Shown: positions 1-9,027, counted from the stretch's first letter. The stretch is DNA of 23,447 bases from Candidatus Krumholzibacteriia bacterium (GCA_036351155.1 JAZBOO010000267.1:1-23447); one strand, 5' to 3'. A program made the numbers and translations. Notes: generated by a model from the sequence alone, not told the origin.

Positions 1-2
1 AA

Positions 3-1321
<1,319 letters not shown>

Positions 1322-1325
<4 letters not shown>

Positions 1326-2206
1326 CCGTCGGTGGAAAAAACGGTGCGGAAAACAAGGCCCCTCAGGGGGCCTTTTCCGCACCAGCCTGGGACCTGGGAG
1401 AACGCGTCCTGACACCGGCGGGGCGCCCCCTGGTCATGGGGATCGTCAACCTGACACCGGACAGTTTCTGGTCCGGTTCGCGTGCCCAGGGAGTCGAAGC
1501 CGCCGTGGCCCACGCCCTTCGCCTGGTCGCCGAAGGCGCCGACCTGCTGGATCTGGGCGCCGAGTCGTCGCGCCCGGGAGCTCAGGCGGTCAGCACCCAG
1601 GAGGAGCAGGACCGCCTGCTTCCCGTCCTGGAAGCCTTGCGGCGACAAACCGAGGCCCCCATCACCGTGGATACCATCCGGGCTTCCACCGCCCGGCAGG
1701 CCCTCGCCGGCGGGGCCGATGCCGTCAACGACATTTCCGCCGCCACGGACGAGGAAATGCTGGCCGAGGTCGCAAGGCAGGGGTGTGGCCTGATCCTGAT
1801 GCACATGCAGGGAACTCCGGGCACCATGCAGGAGGCCCCCAGGTACCGCGAGGTGGTGGCCGATGTTTCGGCCTATCTGGAGGAACGGGTGGCCCAGGCG
1901 GTGCTGGCGGGTATTCCCGAGGGGCGGCTGGTTGTCGACCCGGGGATCGGATTCGGCAAGACCCTGGAACACAACCTGGCCCTGTTGCGTGGGCTGGCCC
2001 AGGTGGGCCAGGGGCGCCCGCTTCTGCTGGGGGCCAGTCGCAAGAGCTTCATCGGACAACTCACCGGGGCGGAAACAGGCGATCGTCTGCCGGGGAGCCT
2101 GGCGGCCCTGGCCGCCGCCTACCGGTCAGGAGCGTCCCTGGTCCGGGTCCACGACGTGGCCGCCTCGGTCCAGTTCCTGGATGTCCTGGCGGCCGTGAGC
2201 CCATAA
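1322..2206 (+). CDS. folP: Dihydropteroate synthase
   Basis: Motifs [58 protein letters not shown]. The GTG start overlaps the ftsH stop (GTGA); the true start could be further downstream. Confidence 0.96.
1343..1383 (+). terminator. Long stem-loop just after the ftsH stop, inside the 5' end of the folP ORF (possible terminator or processing/stabilising hairpin)
   Basis: GGTGCGGAA-[AAC bulge]-AAGGCCCC / loop TCAG / GGGGCCTT-TTCCGCACC gives 17 bp paired. The inner stem is followed by a short T run. Confidence 0.5.
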
Positions 2207-2231
2207 ATCGCGTGCTGCCTCGACTTTGCCG

Positions 2232-2260
2232 TTGAGCAACCCCGCTCCCGGTGCTAGCTT
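2232..2260 (+). promoter_or_regulatory. Candidate sigma-70 promoter for cdaA, probably giving a leaderless transcript
   Basis: TTGAGC (2232-2237), 17 nt spacer, TAGCTT (2255-2260) with extended TG at 2252-2253. The ATG at 2268 is 7 nt after the -10 box and has no Shine-Dalgarno. Confidence 0.5.
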
Positions 2261-2267
2261 GGTCAGC

Positions 2268-3149
2268 ATGTGGGAATCCATCACCAACAGCCTGCTCATA
2301 GATATCCTCGATATCATCATCGTGGCTTTTCTGCTTTACCGCCTGATCGTGTTCATCAAGGACACCAGGGTGATTCAGATGCTGGTGGGCCTCGGTTCGC
2401 TTCTGGTGCTCTCATTCCTGGCCAGCAGCCTGGGAATGATCGTGGTGGGTCGCATTCTGGGCACCCTGCAGACCGTGTGGGTGGTGGCCTTCATCATCAT
2501 TTTCCAGCCGGAGCTGCGCGCGGGTTTGACCAAGCTGGGTTTGCGCCAGGGTTTTGGTTTTTTCGGCAACAGCGAGGAAATCCCCAAGGAAGAGGAGCTG
2601 CTCGAGGCCCTCAAGCGCCTGAGCAAGCGCGGGCTGGGCGCCCTGATTGTCATCGAGCGTGAAGTGCGCTTGAACAATCTCATAAAAAAGGGCGTGCCCC
2701 TGAACGCCGACATCACCGCCGCCACCCTGGAGGCGATTTTCACCTTGCCCGGCCCCTTGCATGACGGGGCGGTCATCATCAGCGACGACAAGATCGCCGC
2801 GGCCGCCGTCATCTTGCCCATCACCGAGCGCGATGAACTGGCCTACTCCCTGGGGACGCGGCACCGTGCCGCCATCGGGATCAGCGAGCAGAGCGATGCC
2901 ATCGTCCTGGTGGTGTCCGAGGAGAACCGCGCCATCAGTCTGGTGTTCGAGGGAGAAATCAGGCGCGGCCTGTCCATGGAGGATCTCAAGGCCGAACTGG
3001 AGCGGGTGTCGATGAGCTCTGCCCGACGCTTCGGGAAAAAGCAGAAGAAGTCGAAGAAGAGTACCGGCAAGAAGGCCGGCACCACGGCCGAAGCTACCAA
3101 GGCCGCCAAAACCACCAAGCCGACCAAGCCCAGCCAGAGCCCTGACTAG
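2268..3149 (+). CDS. cdaA: Membrane-bound diadenylate cyclase CdaA/DacA (c-di-AMP synthase)
   Basis: Three N-terminal hydrophobic segments, FQPELR, GALIVIER, catalytic LHDGA and GTRHRAA motifs, VVSEE. Start placed at ATG 2268. Lys-rich C-terminal tail. Confidence 0.95.
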   Translation: MWESITNSLLIDILDIIIVAFLLYRLIVFIKDTRVIQMLVGLGSLLVLSFLASSLGMIVVGRILGTLQTVWVVAFIIIFQPELRAGLTKLGLRQGFGFFGNSEEIPKEEELLEALKRLSKRGLGALIVIEREVRLNNLIKKGVPLNADITAATLEAIFTLPGPLHDGAVIISDDKIAAAAVILPITERDELAYSLGTRHRAAIGISEQSDAIVLVVSEENRAISLVFEGEIRRGLSMEDLKAELERVSMSSARRFGKKQKKSKKSTGKKAGTTAEATKAAKTTKPTKPSQSPD

Positions 3150-5272
3150 CTTGTATTGATCACCGACAGGAAAATTCCCACGATATCAGGATCGTAGCGT
3201 TCTCCCAGGTTTTCCTTGAGGACCGCGGCCGCCTCGATGGCGGGCTTGGGCTCCAGGCCACCGGCCCCGGTGATCATGGAGACATAATTTTCCACCACCG
3301 TGACCACCCTGGCCGCCAGGGGAATATCCCGACCGCTCAGTCCCGCCGGAAAACCTTCGCCATTGAAGCGTTCATGATGGCACTTGACCACTTCCAGCGC
3401 GGTCTGGCTCAGCTTCAGGTCTGCCAGCAGCGCCGCCCCCTCGGTGGGATGGTTGCGGTAGGCCTTCCACTGGGCAGGCGTCATCTCGGCCGGCGAACCC
3501 ATCAGGCTGTCTTCCTTGTCGATCAACCCCACATCGCGCAGCAGACAACCGTAAACCAGATCTCGTTTCTGGTCGGGAGGAAAGCCCATTTCCCTGGCCA
3601 GGATATTCAGTTGCTCCACCAGGGCGCTGGTCAGATCATCCGACCCGAAGAAGCGCTTTTCCCGCTGGGACATGATGCGGTATATCAGGTCCAGGAAAAT
3701 ATCCGCATCGTCGTTCTGATCCTCGAATCGGGCCAGGAGCCTGCTGGCCAGATCGAAGGCGGCCACCAGACCGTCGGGGAACTGATCCTTCTTGCCCGTA
3801 TCACCGTTCACGAACAGGGTCCCCTGATAGGTCTTGTCCCAGTGCAATCCGATCACCCAGTTGACCCGGTTTCCCTTGAGCTGCGTCTTGATCGACGAGA
3901 ATGTCGCCGGCAGGTTGGTGATATGCACGGGGCGCTCCATGCCCTGGAAATACTTCTGAAGGCGCTCATCGGAACAGTCGAGGTGAAGCAGGGAATCATC
4001 CCCGCCCAGCATGATCTGCGGATGATTCTGGCCGGCCCCCAGATAGGCCATCTCCTCCAGCTGCATCTCCTCCTGCAAGTGGCGGGCAAACAGCCGCCAG
4101 AAGTGCGGCAGGTCATCGGCTTCCGGCAGGTCCACCGCCATGTGCAGCATGTGGCCGGCCAGGTCCGTTGGCAGGGAAACAGCCGGCTCATGGGCCGGCA
4201 ACTGCTGCCCCACCACGTCGTCGTGGGCCGCACGAGCCGAGGCCGTGCGGGCGTCTTCGTTCCCCTCCAGCAGATGCTGTAGAAGTTCGAAGGCAAAAGT
4301 TTCCGCCAGGGAGTACTCGCGGTCCTGCCCGCCCTTCTTGACCATGATCAGCATGCTCAGCACACCTTGCCGCATCACAGGCATGATCAGGTCTGGGTCC
4401 ACCGCCTCCAGCAGGGAAAGCTCCTCTTCCTCCAGGTCGTCACCCAGAACGTCCAGCATGGTCAAGGGGCGGGCCATCTCCTCGGCCTGATTGGCCAGCG
4501 ACCCGTCCAGGGGGATTTCCTTGTACCCGTCCGGACTGATCAGGAGACCGCCCTTGGCCACCAGCAGGGTCACGTCCTCCGCCAAACCCTGGCTGAACAG
4601 AAGGTTCTTCAGACCCTGGCTGAAATCCATCTGGCTGTTCCGGTCGGACCAGTTGTGCAGAAGGTCCAGCGCCTCTTCGAGAGAGGTGAAGTGATGATCC
4701 TTGCGACGTCCCACCGGGGTTTCCGCCACCTTGAATTCATCCAGGAGGCTGTCCAGCTCGGCGCCATGATCCTCTTCCATCAGGCTGACGGCCCCCACTT
4801 CGAGGGTCACCTCATCCTGATCTTCGTCCGAGGCCGGGAGGGCCTCCTCTTCGGCGGGAGTTTCCGCAGTATGCTCCTCATCCATGGCCACGGCCACGGC
4901 CTGCCCCCCGGGCACGGGCACCACCCCTCCCATTCCCGCCACGGCCTCGTCCACGGTGGCGAAGTAGGACAGGGCATGCTTTTCTTTTTTCTGCTCCAGA
5001 AAGCGGCGTACGGTGTCACCGGCACCGGCGATGGCCGCGCTCCCGTTGGCTTCCACCAGCCGGTCCTGCAACTCGACGATCATGCGTGCACCCCCGCCTC
5101 CCATCGAGCCCAGCTCGGAGAGATCGAGAATCACCCGGGTCTTGCCTTTTTCCAGGCACTTGTCTGCCAGTTCCTTCAGGCGATCCCGATCAGCGCGCGT
5201 CACCGAGCCGCAGACGCTCACGCCGAAGATCTCCTGGTCAGGCAGGTTCAGGGGTTTGAATTGCACAGCCAT
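3146..5272 (-). CDS. STAS + GAF-like + degenerate HD-GYP domain protein
   Basis: N-terminal anti-sigma-antagonist-like STAS (RVILDLSELGSMGGGGARMIV), acidic linker, two GAF-like segments (DLIMPVMRQGVLSMLIMVKKGGQDREYS; NWVIGLHWDKTYQGTLFV), and C-terminal HD-GYP fold (LLRDVG...HP..GA...HHERFNGEGFP.GLSGRDIPLAARVV...YDPDIV). Confidence 0.85.
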   Translation of the reverse strand: MAVQFKPLNLPDQEIFGVSVCGSVTRADRDRLKELADKCLEKGKTRVILDLSELGSMGGGGARMIVELQDRLVEANGSAAIAGAGDTVRRFLEQKKEKHALSYFATVDEAVAGMGGVVPVPGGQAVAVAMDEEHTAETPAEEEALPASDEDQDEVTLEVGAVSLMEEDHGAELDSLLDEFKVAETPVGRRKDHHFTSLEEALDLLHNWSDRNSQMDFSQGLKNLLFSQGLAEDVTLLVAKGGLLISPDGYKEIPLDGSLANQAEEMARPLTMLDVLGDDLEEEELSLLEAVDPDLIMPVMRQGVLSMLIMVKKGGQDREYSLAETFAFELLQHLLEGNEDARTASARAAHDDVVGQQLPAHEPAVSLPTDLAGHMLHMAVDLPEADDLPHFWRLFARHLQEEMQLEEMAYLGAGQNHPQIMLGGDDSLLHLDCSDERLQKYFQGMERPVHITNLPATFSSIKTQLKGNRVNWVIGLHWDKTYQGTLFVNGDTGKKDQFPDGLVAAFDLASRLLARFEDQNDDADIFLDLIYRIMSQREKRFFGSDDLTSALVEQLNILAREMGFPPDQKRDLVYGCLLRDVGLIDKEDSLMGSPAEMTPAQWKAYRNHPTEGAALLADLKLSQTALEVVKCHHERFNGEGFPAGLSGRDIPLAARVVTVVENYVSMITGAGGLEPKPAIEAAAVLKENLGERYDPDIVGIFLSVINTS

Positions 5273-5290
5273 GGTACCGCTTTCAAAAGG

Positions 5291-5320
5291 AACCAGGACA
5301 GCCGGATGGCCGTCCTGGTT
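5291..5320 (-). terminator. 13-bp hairpin between the HTH gene and the STAS/HD-GYP gene (possible intrinsic terminator or attenuator)
   Basis: Minus strand AACCAGGACGGCC-ATCC-GGCTGTCCTGGTT (one G-U pair), followed by CCTTTT. Confidence 0.55.
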
Positions 5321-5323
5321 TCA

Positions 5324-5350
5324 TTATCGAACAGAGAACGTCCGGATTTA
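5324..5350 (-). promoter_or_regulatory. Candidate sigma-28 (FliA/SigD-type) promoter for the STAS/HD-GYP gene
   Basis: Minus strand TAAA (5350-5347), exactly 15 nt, TTCGATAA (5331-5324), against consensus TAAA-N15-GCCGATAA. Confidence 0.55.
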
Positions 5351-5367
5351 GCCGAACCTTCGCTTTA

Positions 5368-5586
5368 TCAGACAAGAGCCTCGGCCAACCAGTTATCCAG
5401 GACGGACCTCAAGAATCTCCACTCGCTTCCAACCTTCTTGGCGGGGATCTTCCCCTCCTTGGCCAGACGGCAAACAGTCTTGACGTGCATCTTCAGATAT
5501 TCGGCGGCTTCAACCGAAGTCATGACCTGCCCAATATTATCATCCCCCCCGATATAGATCCTGGGCGAATTGTTGTTCTCCGACAT
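5368..5586 (-). CDS. Small excisionase-family/BldC-like (HTH_17, MerR-superfamily) DNA-binding protein, 72 aa
   Basis: VMTSVEAAEYLKMHVKTVCRLAKEGKIPAKKVGSEWRF matches the HTH_17 pattern. RBS GAGGAG precedes ATG 5586. Confidence 0.9.
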   Translation of the reverse strand: MSENNNSPRIYIGGDDNIGQVMTSVEAAEYLKMHVKTVCRLAKEGKIPAKKVGSEWRFLRSVLDNWLAEALV

Positions 5587-5652
5587 GGGGATGTCTCCTC
5601 TCAGGTGTTCCTTATCGCGATGCGTGCCACATCCGACATTTCCCTCCAAACC

Positions 5653-5668
5653 TGCAAGCGCCATGCCC
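5653..5668 (-). promoter_or_regulatory. Candidate sigma-54 (-24/-12) promoter for the HTH gene
   Basis: Minus strand GGGCATGGCGCTTGCA has GG-N10-GC spacing and is close to TGGCAC-N5-TTGCW. It lies in a 226-bp intergenic gap with room for an activator site. Confidence 0.5.
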
Positions 5669-5812
5669 GGTGTCGAGCTCGGACGAACTCGGCAGAAACT
5701 GCCTACTGGCAAGCGATTACCGGGTGTATGGGGGAATCAGAAGGAACAATGGGAATTCATTTTCCGGTGCAGGATACATTGCCGGCGAGCCGAGCATTGC
5801 AATCCGCAACCG

Positions 5813-6813
5813 TCAATTCCGGCCCGGGAAAAGGCCGGTCCAGGGGTCGAGGGCAAAAGGCTCGACCCACAGGCCGTCGGCGCCCAGCGTTCGGGCTCGA
5901 TCATGGGCCCCCTGGGACTGGCTGGAGGCGGGTCCCACCAGGATGAGGGGAGGCAGCCCGGCCTCTGCGGTCTGGAGCTGTTGCCCCAGGCCCGCCAGGG
6001 AGGCCAGGTGATTGGTGGGCTCCTGGTTGTCACAGATAATGGCCCGCACGGGACCTTGCCGGGCATTCAGAGCCAGCACCCCGCCACACTATCCGCCTTC
6101 AGGACGCCATAGCCCAGCTGACTCAGCTTGTGGGTCAGCTGTTCCTGGCGGAGCTTTCCCGCCACCAGCAGGACAACCTGCCAGCCCAGGCCGGGTTGAG
6201 CGCCCTCACTATTCTCCTGACACCCGAACATGGCGTCCCCGTACTCGCGAAAAGTCTGCCAGCGGGATCGCAGCTGGTCCTCCTCGCGGTCTGAAAGGAG
6301 ACTGTCCGCCCATACGTCCTCCCAGTCCTGGCAACAGGCGTCCAGGGCGTCCATGACAGCCAGCGGGGTTCCGGCGGCGCTCAGGCGGGACATCAGTCCC
6401 AGCCACTGAGGGGCATTCCGGATCTCCTCGGCAGGCACCCCCCGATCCAGACCGGCCAGTCCCCACTCCAGTCCCTGGGCCAGATGGTCCAGAGCCGCCT
6501 CCAGCCAGGCCGGGTTGCGCTCCTGGTGCTCCGCCACCAGATCTACCAGCCGCCGCAGCTCGGGCGCCAGGGGGGCCAGGAGATGGACACGCTCTGCCAG
6601 CTGGGGAGATTCCAGGAGATTGACCGCCGCCATCAGACGAGGCAAGGCGGTCGGGGAGATCAACGGGGATTCTGAGCCGGCCCGGGAGGACAGGGTATCC
6701 CGGGCATCATCGGGACACTCCGGGCCAAAAAAACGGCGGAGCCGGTGAACCAGCTCCGCCAGTGTCCTGGCCAGGTAGGTGAGATGCGTTTCCTGACCGG
6801 TCATGCTATCCAC
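5813..6813 (-). pseudogene. Hpt-like helical domain + C-terminal pseudo-receiver (REC) domain protein, split by a 1-nt frameshift at the G4 run 6082-6079
   Basis: ORF 6813-6067 ends with the first strand/helix of a REC domain (VVLLVAGKLRQEQLTHKLSQLGYGVLKADSV). ORF 6079-5813 continues it in another frame (PVRAIICDNQEP...PLILVG...ARTLGADGLWVEPF). One extra G restores a single protein of about 333 aa. GTG start with RBS GGAG. Confidence 0.7.
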
Positions 6814-6860
6814 AAGGTGCTCCGTAGCTCAGGCCGCTTCCCGGGGCACAGGATTCAGCC

Positions 6861-8864
6861 TCAAGTCAAGGCCACCGCACCGAACTCGACCAGATCGTAG
6901 ATCCGGTCCTGATCGTCCATGGGTTCAGGGGCCGTCTGTTGCTGGTCGATGCGCACGGCACCGAACTCTGCCAGATCGTACACCCTATCCTCCTCCGAGG
7001 AAAGCTCCGGTTCCGCAAAAGGATCGGGGGCGGTCACCGATTCGGCCTCGATGGCCGCGGCTTCCGCTACCGGGTCCTCCGTCAGTCCAGGACTGAAATC
7101 ATTGGAGCGCTCCAGCTCTATTTCCGCAAAGGTGTCCTCGTGACCCGGGGTCACGTCGGTGGAAATGCCCGTTTCGGCCAGTGGGAGCTCACGGGATGGC
7201 CTGTCATCGGAGTTTGCGCCGAAGGGGTCCACTTCCAGAGTGGGCACGGCAGCTACATTCTGTTCGCGCCCGAAGGGATCGTTTTGCTGGATATTCAACC
7301 CGCCTTCGGCCGGATTGTCAGGAACGCCCAGCGACACTTCCTCAGGATCGAACTCCAGCCCGGTCATGGAGGCAAACCGGGTGCCCAGGTTGTCCAGACG
7401 GTTGGTCTGGTGACCGAAGCTGCCGGAAATATCGCCCAGGTTGTCGGCCAGCTTGCGGGAAGCCGGAGCCAGGTCCTGCAAGGTCCGCAGGAGGTTTCCG
7501 GCCCCTCCGGGGCCTTCCTTGACCAGCTGCACGGTGATCTGCTCGAGGCGGGTCAAGATGGACTGAGGGCTGGTGGCCCCGCCCCCATCTTCGGACCGAG
7601 ACTTGGAAACCGTTTGACGGAACTGAGTGGTCAATTCCTCGAGAGATTGGCTCATGGGCAGCAGACGCTCGCCCCGGGGCCCCAGTCGGGCCACTTCCAT
7701 GGCGATCTGGAAGGCCAGCTTGCTGCCCCGATCCACCAGGTCGTCCAGACTGGTCGTGCCCTGCGCCTCGGCCTTGTCCACGGCCCGGGCCAGTTCACCC
7801 TGTAGGCCCTGCAGGCCGGCGATGGCCTCCTTGTGTCCCGTTTCCTCGGCAAACTTCTGCACCAGTTCCTCGAACCGTGTCGCCCATCGCTGCAGGGTGG
7901 TTTCCTGCACCTCGACCTTTTGCTGTCCCGCCTGGTTCCAGCTGCGGGCATCTTCGATCAGCGACAGCACTTCGCCGGATTCGAACTCGTCCTTTTCCAG
8001 AATGGTCGCGGTTTCCTTGCGCGCGGCATCCCGATCATCGTAATAGCTCAGCATGGCATCGGCCAGCGAGCCCACCATGGGGTGGTCATAGCGGTCGGCC
8101 AGGTCGGTGCGGGAATCTTCGCGCAATGCTTTTTCCAGGCGGCGCAGCTCGCCTTCCAGCCCGACAGCACGAACATGCCGTGACTGCTGCAGCCTCCATG
8201 CTCCCAGGATTTCCGAGACGAAGGTGGCCGTGTCGGCATCCTGCTTGAAGGAGTTGCTGTTCCAGGCCTCCTCGTCATCCAGACGCAGGGCCGTCACCCG
8301 CCCGAGCAGATTGTTCAGTTCACCGTGGCGCTGGTTGGCCTCGCGGGCATGGCGCGAAATCACCGAAGCTCCGCCGAGAACCAGCAAGAGCAGTCCCGCG
8401 GTCACCATGTAAACCAGGTTGACGGGATAGGTCTGGAAATCGAAAATCCGGTCCACTGCCGTGAAGCCGGAAAAGTCCAGCAGGGCTGCCGGTTGCAGTC
8501 CTCCGGCCAGAAGCAATGCGCCGGCCATCCCCAGAGCGCCGACCAGGGTGCAAGCCACCAGGAGCAGGTTCAGCCCTCCGGCGGAGACCACCTTCTGGGT
8601 CCGGGCTCCCAGAGCCATGGCCGGGGGAGCGGCGGGTTCCTGATCCTTCGGGTCTGCATTCTCACCCTGTTCCAGGGTCGGGGCGACCTCGGCCGGGTCC
8701 ATCTCCCCCAGGGTCTGGTCTTCTGCCGGTTCGGCGTAATCCGCCAGATCCTCGAAGTCCGAAAAATTGTCTCCCGGTTCCCCGTAGTCTGCCGCCATTT
8801 CCTTCTCGTCGGCCAGGGATTCGAAGTCCAGGTCGTCGTTCCAGTCAAAATCTTTCTCGCTCAT
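6861..8864 (-). CDS. Divergent methyl-accepting chemotaxis protein (MCP)-like membrane protein with acidic disordered termini
   Basis: Two transmembrane segments with a short loop, long coiled-coil, and LDDLVDRGSKLAFQIAMEVARLGPRGERLLPMSQSLEELT, which aligns by eye to the MCP tip I..[31 protein letters not shown].LA. Start ATG 8864 after AAAGGA. Confidence 0.7.
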   Translation of the reverse strand: MSEKDFDWNDDLDFESLADEKEMAADYGEPGDNFSDFEDLADYAEPAEDQTLGEMDPAEVAPTLEQGENADPKDQEPAAPPAMALGARTQKVVSAGGLNLLLVACTLVGALGMAGALLLAGGLQPAALLDFSGFTAVDRIFDFQTYPVNLVYMVTAGLLLLVLGGASVISRHAREANQRHGELNNLLGRVTALRLDDEEAWNSNSFKQDADTATFVSEILGAWRLQQSRHVRAVGLEGELRRLEKALREDSRTDLADRYDHPMVGSLADAMLSYYDDRDAARKETATILEKDEFESGEVLSLIEDARSWNQAGQQKVEVQETTLQRWATRFEELVQKFAEETGHKEAIAGLQGLQGELARAVDKAEAQGTTSLDDLVDRGSKLAFQIAMEVARLGPRGERLLPMSQSLEELTTQFRQTVSKSRSEDGGGATSPQSILTRLEQITVQLVKEGPGGAGNLLRTLQDLAPASRKLADNLGDISGSFGHQTNRLDNLGTRFASMTGLEFDPEEVSLGVPDNPAEGGLNIQQNDPFGREQNVAAVPTLEVDPFGANSDDRPSRELPLAETGISTDVTPGHEDTFAEIELERSNDFSPGLTEDPVAEAAAIEAESVTAPDPFAEPELSSEEDRVYDLAEFGAVRIDQQQTAPEPMDDQDRIYDLVEFGAVALT
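6873..6980 (-). repeat. 27-nt direct repeat (24/27 identical, 81 nt apart) encoding a duplicated C-terminal peptide DR[V/I]YDL[A/V]EFGAV
   Basis: Copies at 6873-6899 and 6954-6980, read directly from the sequence. Confidence 0.85.
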
Positions 8865-8970
8865 CCCAGATCCTTTCAAGATCGGCTTGGCCAAAGAACT
8901 GCCTCAAGCTCCGGTTGCCTGTCCTTTTCATCGGCGGGCAAAACCGAAACCAAAGCCAAAATTTCCCCTC

Positions 8971-8986
8971 GGGCACGCGCCCTGCT
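8971..8986 (+). promoter_or_regulatory. Candidate sigma-54 promoter for the downstream hypothetical gene
   Basis: GGGCACGCGCCCTGCT has GG-N10-GC spacing with a GGCACG core, about 40 nt before ATG 9028. Confidence 0.4.
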
Positions 8987-9027
8987 TGGGCTGGGGCGGA
9001 GATCCATTTCCCAGGAGAGGAAAAACC

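Noticed and set aside
5368..5586. Excisionase as evidence of a prophage or integrative element
   Set aside because: No integrase, att-like repeats, tRNA target, phage genes or obvious compositional shift in the window.
5777..5803. CATTGC direct repeat and ATTGCAAT palindrome as an activator or HTH binding site
   Set aside because: Matches of 6-8 bp are expected by chance; no support without comparative data.
6873..6980. 27-nt direct repeat as a mini-CRISPR
   Set aside because: Only two copies, in frame within a CDS with codon-type mismatches, and no cas genes; it is a protein motif duplication.
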